From Nemertoderma westbladi (lineage: Eukaryota > Animalia > Xenacoelomorpha), in NCBI GenBank assembly GCA_032718475.1, contig JAUCBJ010007680.1:1-64000 (forward strand): a DNA stretch of 64,000 nucleotides. Direction: 5' to 3'. The notes below the pieces were generated by a model that had not been told where the DNA came from, did not search any database, and saw only the letters and a list, made by a program, of their open reading frames with translations. Positions within the stretch are counted from its first letter, which is position 1. Every line of letters starts with the position of its first letter. The translations under genes and the position numbers were made by a program. Below are positions 34,157-47,680 of the stretch, one piece after another.

Positions 34157-37100
34157 GTTCCGCCCGTATCTACATTTTGTTCCTATAGTTCCACCCGTGT
34201 CTACATTTTGTTCCTATAGTTCCACCCGTGTCTACATTTTGTTCTTATAGTTCCATCCGTGGCTACATTTTGTTCTTATAGTTCCAACCGTGTCTACATT
34301 TTGTTCTTATAGTTCCATCCGTGGCTACATTTTGTTCTTATAGTTCCACCCGTGTCTACATTTTGTTCCTATAGTTCCACCCGTGGCTACATTTTGTTCT
34401 TATAGTTCCACCCGTGTCTACATTTTGTTCTTATAGTTCCATCCGTGGCTACATTTTGTTCTTATAGTTCCATCCGTGGCTACATTTTGTTCTTATAGTT
34501 CCACCTGTCTCTACATTTTGTTCCTATAGTTCCACCCGTGGCTACATTTTGTTCTTATAGTTCCACCCGTGTCTACATTTTGTTCTTATAGTTCCATCCG
34601 TGGCTACATTTTGTTCTTATAGTTCCACCCGTGTCTACATTTTGTTCCTATAGTTCCACCCGTGTCTACATTTTGTTCTTATAGTTCCACCCGTGTCTAC
34701 ATTTTGTTCTTATAGTTCCATCCGTGGCTACATTTTATTCTTATAGTTCCATCCGTGGCTACATTTTGTTCTTATAGTTCCACCTGTCTCTACATTTTGT
34801 TCCTATAGTTCCACCCGTGGCTACATTTTGTTCTTATAGTTCCACCCGTGTCTACATTTTGTTCTTATAGTTCCATCCGTGGCTACATTTTGTTCCTATA
34901 GTTCCACCCGTGGCTACATTTTGTTCTTATAGTTCCACCTGTCTCTACATTTTGTTCCTATAGTTCCACCCGTGGCTACATTTTGTTCTTATAGTTCCAC
35001 CTGTCTCTACATTTTGTTCCTATAGTTCCACCCGTGGCTACATTTTGTTCTTATAGTTCCGCCCGTATCTACATTTTGTTCTTATAGTTCCACCCGTGTC
35101 TACATTTTGTTCCTATAGTTCCACCCGTGGCTACATTTTGTTCTTATAGTTCCATCCGTGGCTACATTTTGTTCTTATAGTTCCAACAGTGTCTACATTT
35201 TGTTCTTATAGTTCCACCCGTGTCTACATTTTGTTCTTATAGTTCCACCCGTGTCTACATTTTGTTCTTATAGTTCCACCCGTGTCTACATTTTGTTCCT
35301 ATAGTTCCACCCGTGGCTACATTTTGTTCTTATAGTTCCACCCGTGTCTACATTTTGTTCTTATAGTTCCATCCGTGGCTACATTTTGTTCTTATAGTTC
35401 CACCCGTGTCTACATTTTGTTCTTATAGTTCCATCCGTATCTACATTCTGTTATTATAGTTCCGCCCGTATCTACATTTTGTTCCTATAGTTCCATCCGT
35501 GGCTACATTTTGTTCTTATAGTTCCATCCGTGGCTACATTTTGTTCTTATAGTTCCACCCGTGTCTACATTCTGTTATTATAGTTCCGCCCGTATCTACA
35601 TTTTGTTCCTATAGTTCCATCCGTGGCTACATTTTGTTCTTATAGTTCCATCCGTGGCTACATTTTGTTCTTATAGTTCCACCCGTGTCTACATTTTGTT
35701 CTTATAGTTCCATCCGTGTTTACATTTTGTTCTTATAGTTCCATCCGTGTCTACATTCTGTTATTATAGTTCCGCCCGTATCTACATTTTGTTCCTATAG
35801 TTCCATCCGTGGCTACATTTTGTTCTTATAGTTCCATCCGTGGCTACATTTTGTTCTTATAGTTCCATCCGTGTTTACATTTTGTTCTTATAGTTCCATC
35901 CGTGTCTACATTCTGTTATTATAGTTCCGCCCGTATCTACATTTTGTTCTTATAGTTCCATCCGTGTTTACATTTTGTTCTTATAGTTCCATCCGTGTCT
36001 ACATTCTGTTATTATAGTTCCGCCCGTATCTACATTTTGTTCCTATAGTTCCATCCGTGGCTACATTTTGTTCTTATAGTTCCATCCGTGGCTACATTTT
36101 GTTCTTATAGTTCCACCCGTATCTACATTTTGTTCTTATAGTTCCATCCGTGTTTACATTTTGTTCTTATAGTTCCATCCGTGTCTACATTCTGTTATTA
36201 TAGTTCCGCCCGTATCTATATTTTGTTCTTATAGTTCCACCCGTGGCTACATTTTGTTCCTATAGTTCCATCCGTGTCTACATTTTGTTCTTATAGTTCC
36301 ATCCGTGTCTACATTCTGTTATTATAGTTCCGCCCGTATCTACATTTTGTTCCTATAGTTCCATCCGTGGCTACATTTTGTTCTTATAGTTCCATCCGTG
36401 GCGACATTTTGTTCTTATAGTTCCATCCGTGTCTACATTCTGTTATTATAGTTCCGCCCGTATCTACATTTTGTTCTTATAGTTCCACCCGTATCTACAT
36501 TTTTTTCTTATAGTTCCGCCCGTATCTACATTTTGTTCCTATAGTTCCACCCGTATCTACATTTTGTTCTTATAGTTCCATCCGTGTCTACATTCTGTTA
36601 TTATAGTTCCGCCCGTATCTACATTTTGTTCCTATAGTTCCATCCGTGGCTACATTTTGTTCTTATAGTTCCATCCGTGGCTACTTTTTGTTCTTATAGT
36701 TCCATCCGTGTTTACATTTTGTTCTTATAGTTCCATCCGTGTCTACATTCTGTTATTATAGTTCCGCCCGTATCTACATTTTGTTCTTATAGTTCCATCC
36801 GTGTTTACATTTTGTTCTTATAGTTCCATCCGTGTCTACATTCTGTTATTATAGTTCCGCCCGTATCTACATTTTGTTCCTATAGTTCCACCCGTGTCTA
36901 CATTTTGTTCCTATAGTTCCACCCGTGTCTACATTTTGTTCTTATAGTTCCATCCGTGTCTACATTCTGTTATTATAGTTCCGCCCGTATCTACATTTTG
37001 TTCTTATAGTTCCATCCGTGGCTACATTTTGTTCTTATAGTTCCGCCCGTATCTACATTTTGTTCCTATAGTTCCACCCGTGTCTACATTTTGTTCCTAT

Positions 37101-40100
37101 AGTTCCACCCGTGTCTACATTTTGTTATTATAGTTCCGCCCGTATCTACATTTTGTTCTTATAGTTCCATCCGTGTTTACATTTTGTTCTTATAGTTCCA
37201 TCCGTGTCTACATTCTGTTATTATAGTTCCGCCCGTATCTACATTTTGTTCTTATAGTTCCATCCGTGTTTACATTTTGTTCTTATAGTTCCATCCGTGT
37301 CTACATTCTGTTATTATAGTTCCGCCCGTATCTACATTTTGTTCCTATAGTTCCATCCGTGGCTACATTTTGTTCTTATAGTTCCGCCCGTATCTACATT
37401 TTGTTCCTATAGTTCCACCCGTGTCTACATTTTGTTCCTATAGTTCCATCCGTGTCTACATTCTGTTATTATAGTTCCGCCCGTATCTACATTTTGTTCC
37501 TATAGTTCCACCCGTGTCTACATTTTGTTCCTATAGTTCCACCCGTGTCAACATTTTGTTCTTATAGTTCCGCCCGTATCTACATTTTGTTCCTATAGTT
37601 CCACCCGTGTCTACATTTTGTTCTTATAGTTCCATCCGTGGCTACATTTTGTTCTTATATTTCCACCCGTGTCTACATTTTGTTCTTATAGTTCCGCCCG
37701 TGTCTACATTTTGTTCCTATAGTTCCACCCGTGTCTACATTTTGTTCCTATAGTTCCATCCGTGGCTACATTTTGTTCTTATAGTTCCGCCCGTATCTAC
37801 ATTTTGTTCCTATAGTTCCACCCGTGTCTACATTTTGTTCCTATAGTTCCACCCGTGTCTACATTTTGTTCCTATAGTTCCACCCGTGTCTACATTTTGT
37901 TCCTATAGTTCCACCCGTGTCTACATTTTGTTCTTATAGTTCCACCCGTGTCTAAATTTTGTTCCTATAGTTCCACCCGTGTCTACATTTTGTTCTTATA
38001 GTTCCACCCGTGTCTACATTTTGTTCCTATAGTTCCACCCGTATCTACATGTTGGTCTTCTAGTTCCACCCGTGTCTACATTTTGTTCTTATAGTTCCAT
38101 CCGTGTCTACATTTTGTTCTTATAGTTCCATCCGTGTTTACATTTTGTTCTTATAGTTCCATCCGTGTCTACATTCTGTTATTATAGTTCCGCCCGTATC
38201 TACATTTTGTTCCTATAGTTCCACCCGTGTCTACATTTTGTTCTTATAGTTCCATCCGTGTCTACATTCTGTTATTATAGTTCCGCCCGTATCTACATTT
38301 TGTTCTTATAGTTCCAACCGTGTCTACATTTTGTTCTTATAGTTCCATCCGTGTCTACATTTTGTTCTTATAGTTCCATCCGTGGCTACATTCTGTTATT
38401 ATATTTCCGCCCGTATCTACATTTTGTTCCTATAGTTCCACCCGTGTCTACATTTTGTTCTTATAGTTCCATCCGTGTCTACATTTTGTTCTTATAGTTC
38501 CATCCGTGTTTACATTTTGTTCCTATAGTTCCGCCCGTATCTACATTTTGTTCTTATAGTTCCAACCGTGTCTACATTTTGTTCTTATAGTTCCACCCGT
38601 ATCTACATTTTGTTCCTATAGTTCTACCCGTGTCTACATTTTGTTTTTATAGTTCCACCCGTGGCTACATTTTGTTCTTATAGTTCCATCCGTGTCTACA
38701 TTTTGTTCTTATAGTTCCACCCGTGTCTACATTTTGTTCCTATAGTTCCACCCGTGGCTACATTTTGTTCTTATAGTTCCATCCGTGTCTACATTCTGTT
38801 ATTATAGTTCCGCCCGTATCTACATTTTGTTCCTATAGTTCCACCCGTGTCTACATTTTGTTCCTATAGTTCTACCCGTGTCTACATTTTGTTCCTATAG
38901 TTCTACCCGTGTCTACATTTTGTTCTTATAGTTCCATCCGTGGCTACATTCTGTTATTATAGTTCCGCCCGTATCTACATTTTGTTCCTATAGTTCCACC
39001 CGTGTCTACAATTTGTTCCTATAGTTCCACCCGTGGCTACATTTTGTTCTTATAGTTCCACCCGTGTCTACATTTTGTTATTATAGTTCCATCCGTGTCT
39101 ACATTCTGTTATTATAGTTCCGCCCGTATCTACATTTTGTTCTTATAGTTCCATCCGTGTCTACATTTTGTTCCTATAGTTCCACCCGTGTCTACATTTT
39201 GTTCCTATAGTTCCACCCGTGTCTACATTTTGTTCTTATAGTTCCACCCGTGTCTACATTTTGTTCCTATAGTTCCACCCGTATCTACATGTTGGTCTTC
39301 TAGTTCCACCCGTGTCTACATTTTGTTCTTATAGTTCCATCCGTGTCTACATTTTGTTCTTATAGTTCCATCCGTGTTTACATTTTGTTCTTATAGTTCC
39401 ATCCGTGTCTACATTCTGTTATTATAGTTCCGCCCGTATCTACATTTTGTTCCTATAGTTCCACCCGTGTCTACATTTTGTTCTTATAGTTCCATCCGTG
39501 TCTACATTCTGTTATTATAGTTCCGCCCGTATCTACATTTTGTTCTTATAGTTCCAACCGTGTCTACATTTTGTTCTTATAGTTCCATCCGTGTCTACAT
39601 TTTGTTCTTATAGTTCCATCCGTGGCTACATTCTGTTATTATATTTCCGCCCGTATCTACATTTTGTTCCTATAGTTCCACCCGTGTCTACATTTTGTTC
39701 TTATAGTTCCATCCGTGTCTACATTTTGTTCTTATAGTTCCATCCGTGTTTACATTTTGTTCCTATAGTTCCGCCCGTATCTACATTTTGTTCTTATAGT
39801 TCCAACCGTGTCTACATTTTGTTCTTACAGTTCCACCCGTATCTACATTTTGTTCCTATAGTTCTACCCGTGTCTACATTTTGTTTTTATAGTTCCACCC
39901 GTGGCTACATTTTGTTCTTATAGTTCCATCCGTGTCTACATTTTGTTCTTATAGTTCCACCCGTGTCTACATTTTGTTCCTATAGTTCCACCCGTGGCTA
40001 CATTTTGTTCTTATAGTTCCATCCGTGTCTACATTCTGTTATTATAGTTCCGCCCGTATCTACATTTTGTTCCTATAGTTCCACCCGTGTCTACATTTTG

Positions 40101-41250
40101 TTCCTATAGTTCTACCCGTGTCTACATTTTGTTCCTATAGTTCTACCCGTGTCTACATTTTGTTCTTATAGTTCCATCCGTGGCTACATTCTGTTATTAT
40201 AGTTCCGCCCGTATCTACATTTTGTTCCTATAGTTCCACCCGTGTCTACAATTTGTTCCTATAGTTCCACCCGTGGCTGTATCTACATTTTGTTCCTATA
40301 GTTCCGCCCGTGTCTACATTTTGTTCCTATAGTTCCACCCGTGGCTACATTTTGTTCTTATAGTTCCATCCGTGTCTACATTCTGTTATTATAGTTCCGC
40401 CCGTATCTACATTTTGTTCCTATAGTTCCACCCGTGTCTACATTTTGTTCCTATAGTTCTACCCGTGTCTACATTTTGTTCCTATAGTTCTACCCGTGTC
40501 TACATTTTGTTTTTATAGTTCCACCCGTGTCTACATTTTGTTCTTATAGTTCCATCCGTGGCTACATTCTGTTATTATAGTTCCGCCCGTATCTACATTT
40601 TGTTCCTATAGTTCCACCCGTGTCTACATTTTGTTCTTATAGTTCCATCCGTGTCTACATTTTGTTCTTATAGTTCCATCCGTGGCTACATTCTGTTATT
40701 ATAGTTCCGCCCGTATCTACATTTTGTTCCTATAGTTCCACCCGTGTCTACATTTTGTTCCTATAGTTCCACCCGTGGCTACATTTTGTTCTTATAGTTC
40801 CACCCGTGTCTACATTTTGTTCCTATAGTTCCGCCCGTGTCTACATTATGTTATTATAGTTCCGCCCGTATCTACATTTTGTTCCTATAGTTCCACCCGT
40901 GTCTACATTTTGTTCTTATAGTTCCATCCGTGTCTACATTCTGTTATTATAGTTCCGCCCGTATCTACATTTTGTTCCTATAGTTCCACCCGTTTCTACA
41001 TTTTGTTCTTATAGTTCCATCCGTGTCTACATTCTGTTATTATAGTTCCGCCCGTATCTACATTTTGTTCCTATAGTTCCACCCGTGTCTACATTTTGTT
41101 CCTATAGTTCCACCCGTGTCTACATTCTGTTATTATAGTTCCGCCCGTATCTACATTTTGTTCCTATAGTTCCACCTGTGTCTACGTTCCTATAGTTCCG
41201 CCCGCGGCTATATTTTCTTATAATTCCGCCTGCGTTTCATTTTGTTATTA
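34157..41250. repeat. 31-bp satellite array (~225-230 monomers, consensus TATAGTTCCACCCGTGTCTACATTTTGTTCY) with higher-order structure
   Basis: TACATTTT recurs at 34171, 34202 and 34233 (period 31). There are no unique spacers, and the monomers at the right edge are degenerate. Confidence 0.97.
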
Positions 41251-41759
41251 TAATCAAAATGTTCTACAGAACAAGCAATATTGATTCCAGAATATTAATT
41301 GATAATAATTAATTAATAATTCCGGTAGCTACTGTAACATCTTTTAAAAAAAATTGCAAAATTAGATAGTATAAAAATTGTTATAGAACAAAATATATTT
41401 GGGGCCCTTTGTATTTGTGCCTCAAAGGAGGTGGGTTTTCAACCTGGGAGTCTGATAAAATTCGAACAAACATCATTGTGTAAAAAACCGAGTGTATTTA
41501 TGTACCGAGCGAGCAATGCGGGGAAAATTCATATAAATATACCCTAGCCACAAAAACTAGCTAGTATAAAAAAATTGAAGGTGGGTGGCCCAAAACATAG
41601 TAGTAAACCTACCAACAATAATACACTTAGAGCAATGAAGGATACCGAACACTGTGCACAAGACATGTTCAAGAAGTCAGGAAGTTGTTTATAACTGATT
41701 GATTACTTTGCAGCATAACAAGGAGGATATCAACTGAGCGATAAAACAAAGCAAACATA

Positions 41760-41855
41760 GCCCCTATTGGGGCTCGAACCCTGTACCTAGGTTTCAAACT
41801 TCCGGTTATCATCAGTCGAGTGTGTGTCCTAAGACCACTGAGCTACCAGGGCGGT
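41760..41855 (-). ncRNA. tRNA-like/hammerhead cassette, second copy with stem I disrupted
   Basis: Reverse complement of 42096-42191 with a few substitutions. CTGATGA and GAAACCTAGGTA are retained, but ACTCGA/CAGGGT pairs poorly. Confidence 0.6.
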
Positions 41856-42095
41856 AGAAACTACTATTACCGGCCATGCTTGTTAATTAATTATAAATGA
41901 ATTGTTGTGGGGTGAGTGACGGGTAATTCACTAGCATACGGGGTATCAGTGGTTTCTACAACACTGTATAATAGTTATCCTTTGAGGTATGGTTGCAATT
42001 TCTGGCAGAGCACGGGAATAACGTTGTACTTTCCTATGAGTGACTGTAAAAGGCCTAAATATATGATAGCCCACTCCATAGCGAATAAATCTTCT

Positions 42096-42204
42096 ACCGC
42101 CCTGGTAGCTCAGTGGTCTTAGGACACACACTCGGCTGATGATAACCGTAAGTTTGAAACCTAGGTACCGGGTTCGAGTTCCAATAGGGGCGGTTGATAT
42201 TTTT
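42096..42204 (+). ncRNA. tRNA-like Pol III unit containing a type I hammerhead ribozyme motif
   Basis: A box TAGCTCAGTGG, B box GGTTCGAGTTC, closing stem ACCGCCC/GGGCGGT and T5 at 42200-42204. Hammerhead: stem I ACTCGG/CCGGGT, core CTGATGA, stem II AAC/GTT, GAAA, palindromic CCTAGG, GTA site. Confidence 0.7.
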
Positions 42205-44256
42205 CGCTATGGAAAACATTATCATAATGTACTACACTGTATAACATATATTTAATTCCCCGTCACCCACCCCACAACAATTCATTTATAAGTAAAGCAA
42301 GCAGTCGGCCGAAGCCGGAGGCGACCCTAAGGCTCCTCATTTGATAGCTGCTACCCGAAGGTAGCAGTGGGAAACAACTCCACCGGGAAACGTTGTAGTC
42401 CAACTCCAACCAAAATTGTTCATCTTCAGTAACTTTTGGAACACACCAGACATGCCAGAGAACTTTATAATTATTTTAATTAATTCCTTGCACCAATTTC
42501 AATTATTCTTGAAATTATTATGTGCAAAACTGAGAACCATACGCAAACCATCAGAGGGCAGGAACTGGAAGACATAAAGCAATTAGATATCTTTAGTGGG
42601 GTCGCGAGCCACTAGTATAGTATCTATGCCCAAATTTAAAAACAAACATCGATTAATTATATTAGTGATTATCGGTTTTTATCATGAGGTTTTTTGTTCT
42701 AGAACAAATATTTACCATCTGAAGATGGTAGCCAGTAATTTTTATTTTGTGTTAGCTATTACTTTATATTAGCTAGTGAAAAAATCATAATTGAAACAAT
42801 AAAAAAAATTGACCGATTTTTTCTTGTGAAAATGTCTTTTATTATGACGTTTTTTGTTCTAGAACAAATATTTGAACATCTGGCAAAAATATGGTAGCCA
42901 GTAATTTTGATTTTATGTTGGCTAGTACTTTTTATTGTAAAAAAATGACAAGTGTCATTTAATCCTCAAATATATTTGTCAATAACAATAAGAAATAAAA
43001 AAGCATTACAATAAGAAATAAAAATGCATTACAAAAAGAAATACATTATTCTTTAAGTAATTTGAAATTTATTTTATTTATGTAACCATAGCAACAAAAA
43101 TATATACCGGTAATTCTAGAATGAAATTGATAATACAAAGCCAAACAACATGTCAAAAATATTTTAATCTAAAAAGAAAAAAATCAAAAAACATCTAAAA
43201 TTTCGGCATCGATACTATACTAGTGCCGGGTCGCGAACATTCAAGGGAAGATTTTAAAGTTTCAATTAATTTAATTAATTTCATTTCATTTCAATTCTCT
43301 AACAATTGGCTGACATTCGATTTAGTGGTAGCTTGTAAATTTTGCTTGGTAACAAGTGTTTTTAAAATACCTAAAATATCTAAAAAAATTATTCATATTT
43401 TAGCTATTGTAATTGCAATCTAATGCAATTTTTATTAAATCCTCATGTATTTTTAAAAAAAACACTGGCTATACCTTATAAAAACACTGGCTACCTAAGA
43501 AAATTTACGAACTATCACTCAATCGAATGCCAGATAATCAACCACCATCCACAAAAAAATTGAAAAAAGTCATGCGAAAACCTCTAAAAATTGTCCCTTA
43601 TGGTCGGTCACACAAGCTATAGTAGTGCCTCCTTTTCTGTGCATTACACCATGTCCTGGAATATAATGTCGTAATTCAGTGACATGTCCTGTCCACCCCC
43701 CCCCCCCCCCCCCCCCCCAAAAAAAGTGTATTCCCAAATTTTGTCCGTTCAATCCTTTAATAAATTCTAGAATAACTTATTGTTATGTTGCCCATGTTTT
43801 AAAAAAGTTGAAAACCATTTTTTGTTAATTGATCCCTTTCCCTGTGTCGGATCACATTTTCAGTTTGTCTGGGATTTACGTACTTAGGATTTACGTACAC
43901 CACCAACAGAGAGAGTTTCACTTTCCGACCACTTAGTGGGTGAGCCAGAATTTTTTTTGCTTTCTATCTTTATTTACAACCTTTTAAAAACTGTATCCGG
44001 CTGTATTACAGTAGTTTTGCACCAATTACACCGTAGTTATTCTTCAGCCTTATAGCTGTTTGTTGGTTCCTGATGGAAAGCTGCTCACTACTCCGTTGCG
44101 ACTTTCCACTTTTGTCTGGCTGGAGTATATATGTCGTCTTTTCGTCTTTGTTTATTGGGTTTTTCCTTAGTAATTGTGCTGATGTTAATGCCTCGAGCGA
44201 TGTCGGCCATTGTCATTGTGCTTTCTAAAAAACGGCCTTGGAAACAACCTTCTTAA

Positions 44257-45620
44257 CCCTATTACCACTGGGGGGGGGGGGGGGGGGGGGGGGCGAAACA
44301 GGCCCAATTTTTATTGAGAATTAGCCAAATTTAATGCCGCATCTTTTGCAAAAAACGACGTTGCAATTGGATTTCTACTTTTCGATGTGGGTGCCACCTC
44401 AAAATTTGGTCTCCAGCACCAAATTTTTTGAAATTTTCGAATTTTACAAATTCATTCGTGATTTAGTAATTATTTATGTTTGGGCTATTTTTATTTATTT
44501 TTATTGGTTTGGATCACTCTAATGCTCTATATAACTATATAAGTGTAGGGGTACGTCATTTTTGGAGCACCAAAATTAGGGCGTGGCACTTTAAAATTTC
44601 AAAATTACTTTATTCGGAAAATTTACTAAAGTTTTGATTTCGAAGCATTTTTATTGGTTTTCTGGAGCGCTGAATTGATTGAAAGTAATATAGAAGCCTG
44701 AAGACGTAGTGGTTCGCCATTTTTGGTGCCCCAAAATTAGGGCGTGGCACTTCAAATTTTGAAAAATACGAGATTCGGAAAATACACTAAAGTTTTGATT
44801 TCAAATTATTTTTATAGGTTTTCTGTAGCGCTGAATCGATTGAAAGCAATATAGATGCCTCAAAACCTTGGTATACGTAATTTTCGGTGCACCAAAATTA
44901 GGGCGTGGCACTTCAAATTTTCAAAATTACTTTATTCGGAAAAAACACTAAAGTTTTGATTACAAAAAATGGCTAACCTCTAAGTCTTCAGGCTTCTATA
45001 TTACTTTCAATCGATTCAGCGGTCTAGAAAACCTATATAAATGCGTTAAAATTTCAATTTTGGTTTATTTTCCGAATCTCGTATTTTTCAAAATTTGAAG
45101 TGCCACGCCCTAATTTTGGTGCACCAAAAATGGCGAACCACTAAGTCTTCAGGCTTCTATATTACTTTCAATCGATTCAGCGGCCCAGAAAACCTATAAA
45201 GATGCGTTGAAATAAAAAAATTAGGGGCATTTTCTGAACATCTAATTTTTCAAAATTTTAAGTGCCACGCCCACTTCTTAGGTGCACGAAAAATAGCATC
45301 CACTTCAATTTTTGGAAATGGAATATAATCACATTCGATTCAGCGTCTTGAAAAACCTACTAAATCTAGCCAACACTGCCACACTATTAGTTTTTAGAAA
45401 ACGAAAAATTTTGTAATTTTGTCCTGGGACTACTTTTATTTTTCATCAAAATTATGAGTCACTGCTTATGAAATTTTAACTTTTTAAGGTTTGGTAGTGT
45501 TCATCTATAGTTGTTTCACCAACAGCCCAAATTTTGTAGGATTTCATTGGACGATTACAAAAATATAGTGGGTGGGCCGAATCCCCCCCCCCCCCCCCCC
45601 CCCCAGTGGTGCTAATGGTC
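44257..45620. mobile_element. piggyBac-like non-autonomous element with internal inverted repeats
   Basis: Left end is TTAA-CCCTATTACCACTG(G)n; right end is (C)nCAGTGGTGCTAATGG and degenerate. CCAAAATTAGGGCGTGGCACTT occurs three times forward and twice inverted. Ends resemble those of 11134..12685. Confidence 0.7.
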
Positions 45621-46738
45621 AAAACTGTTAGCTTATTCAATCCCGCTAACACCCCATAAAGTTAAGCCGATAAGCAATATTGGGGGCCACGAGATTGGGT
45701 AATCAATCACTCGTGCCACCCCAATAAAATGGGAAGGAGAAACACAATGAGGGTCAGGGGCCAAACCCCTAACCCAGAGAGAACAGGTGGAGTGAACGGG
45801 AACACTCCAAAGGGCGCCAACAAGGGTATCAGTAGTATACAATACTGTGACCCGGCGCCATGGTCACCCGTAGCCCATCATTACCATCCATTTCTGGTAC
45901 TGCAGTCCAATCAGAAGCCACCATTTCAACCTTTTGCGGTGGTCGTTATTATTTCAACCAATCAGATGTCAGCATTTCATCCGTAACCATGGCAACTTCT
46001 CAAGTTCCCGCTTATTCCGCTAGAGGCGTTATTAGTCACCCAACGCTAGTACTGCATCCAATCACCAAGCCTTTATTTTACAGGTGTTCGGGTGTCTACA
46101 CTTAGCATCAGGTAACTTCTACTATTTTTCAAATCGCTATTTTTCACCAACCATTGCATATTCATCTTCACATAGCCTAACCTCACAATGCATGGCTAGC
46201 CCCCCATCCCATCGCTACTCAATCCACAGCTGTTACCCACCCACCAACCAACCAATCAACGGTGATGTTTGCCTAACCCTACGGTTATTCACCTTTTCAC
46301 CACGTTACCACCACTGCCACGCAACCAACCACTGTATACTGTATATGCTGACAACGTGGCCACCAACTACACGCATCTGCAATATTATATTGATTGCCAA
46401 CTCCACAACTGCTGTCGCCAAATCAACAAACCAAGCAGTAGGATACGTGTTGAAATTCCGCCACGTTTCCAGCTACACGTATACGAACATTTCCATAGTT
46501 ACTCAACCTTGACCGTAATTTTTTATTTAATTGTACTGTACTGTACAGTAGTTACCCACCGGCTAATCAACCAATCAATAAACCGAATTTAGGCTATTTC
46601 TCCAGTTTAAGACCTGTATTATTTTTGAAAATATCTTATATATAATCTCTTGCTTTAATCGCAATTAATCATTTGTAATGGTTTTAGTTTAAAAGTTTTT
46701 ACTTTGTTTGTTTGATTTACAATAAAATAAATTAAATA

Positions 46739-47183
46739 ATGTCTTCTGATTCCAATATGGTTATGCCAATAGTAAGGCATTCATTTTTTGCAGAAGATGG
46801 TCAAGCCTATATTGTTATTGATTATACAATTTACCGTCAGGGAGATGATAAATATAAAATTGAGTTTTCTGAAAAAGCCAGGAAAGTTTTAAGCTCAATT
46901 GATATTGATGCTTCTGATAATAGTATTCATCTTTTAGATTACAACCTGAAAGCTGAGCATGGGGAGGAAAATTAACCAACATCTTACTATTATCCATGAT
47001 AGAGGATTTATTGTTATTACACAATACAACGAAGCTGGTGAAAAGTTTGAAATACGGCTAAATCGGCATAGCCCCTACGAAATTATGTCTTTCTTTATTG
47101 TAATGATTTCAAAAGAATCCTTTGTCGAACCTGAAGAATCAGCGGATAATGTTGAATATGTTGATAATATCATTGATTCTTGA
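46739..47183 (+). pseudogene. Polinton hypothetical protein, probably frameshifted near 46960
   Basis: Two overlapping small ORFs (46739..46975 and 46959..47183) meet at a G run. The first has an AT-rich AATAATG start context. Confidence 0.45.
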
Positions 47184-47680
47184 CTTTTCCCCCTATATTA
47201 TAAATATTTTATGATTATATATAAAATTTTGTTGTTTTTAAATAATCGAAAATTGTAGTAGTATTTGTATATACAGTATAACAGTTTTGTTTGTTGTTGT
47301 TGTTGTTGTGTATTGTGGTAATTATTTTCAATTTACTTTAAAATTTGGAAAATGGATATTTTAAATGAAAAATGTCCAGTTTGCTATTCTAAGTTATTGC
47401 AACAACATCGAGATTATTATAAATGTGAAAATAAACATGCAACTTGCGTACAATGTATTGTACAATATTCCGAAATGAATAATTATTGTTCTAAAATTTG
47501 TCCTATTTGTCGCGCATCCATATCTAAGTTTAATATAAAGTTGGTAAGATACCAACCCTATTATTGGAAAGAGCTTCGCAATATAACTTATATTTCTGCG
47601 AAAAGTAATGATCCGGGAGATTTATTTACAATATTGGAGAATATTTTTTATAGAAACGTAGTACGACGCTGTTGCTACTA

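Noticed and set aside
34157-41250. CRISPR array or repetitive coding sequence
   Set aside because: Monomers are contiguous with no unique spacers, there are no cas genes, the context is eukaryotic, and stops recur on both strands.
42096-42194. Functional tRNA gene with an intron
   Set aside because: There is no proper anticodon stem-loop and the T and acceptor stems are imperfect; the insert matches a hammerhead core instead.
42690-42930. GTTCTAGAAC heat-shock-element-like sites
   Set aside because: They lie in a short degenerate duplication with no adjacent gene and are probably TE remnants.
45633-46592. Cluster of small ORFs and a possible Polinton left TIR
   Set aside because: No motifs recognised, no clear (AG)n/(AGT)n terminus, and the partner end is outside the window. 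These may be degraded Polinton genes but cannot be supported.
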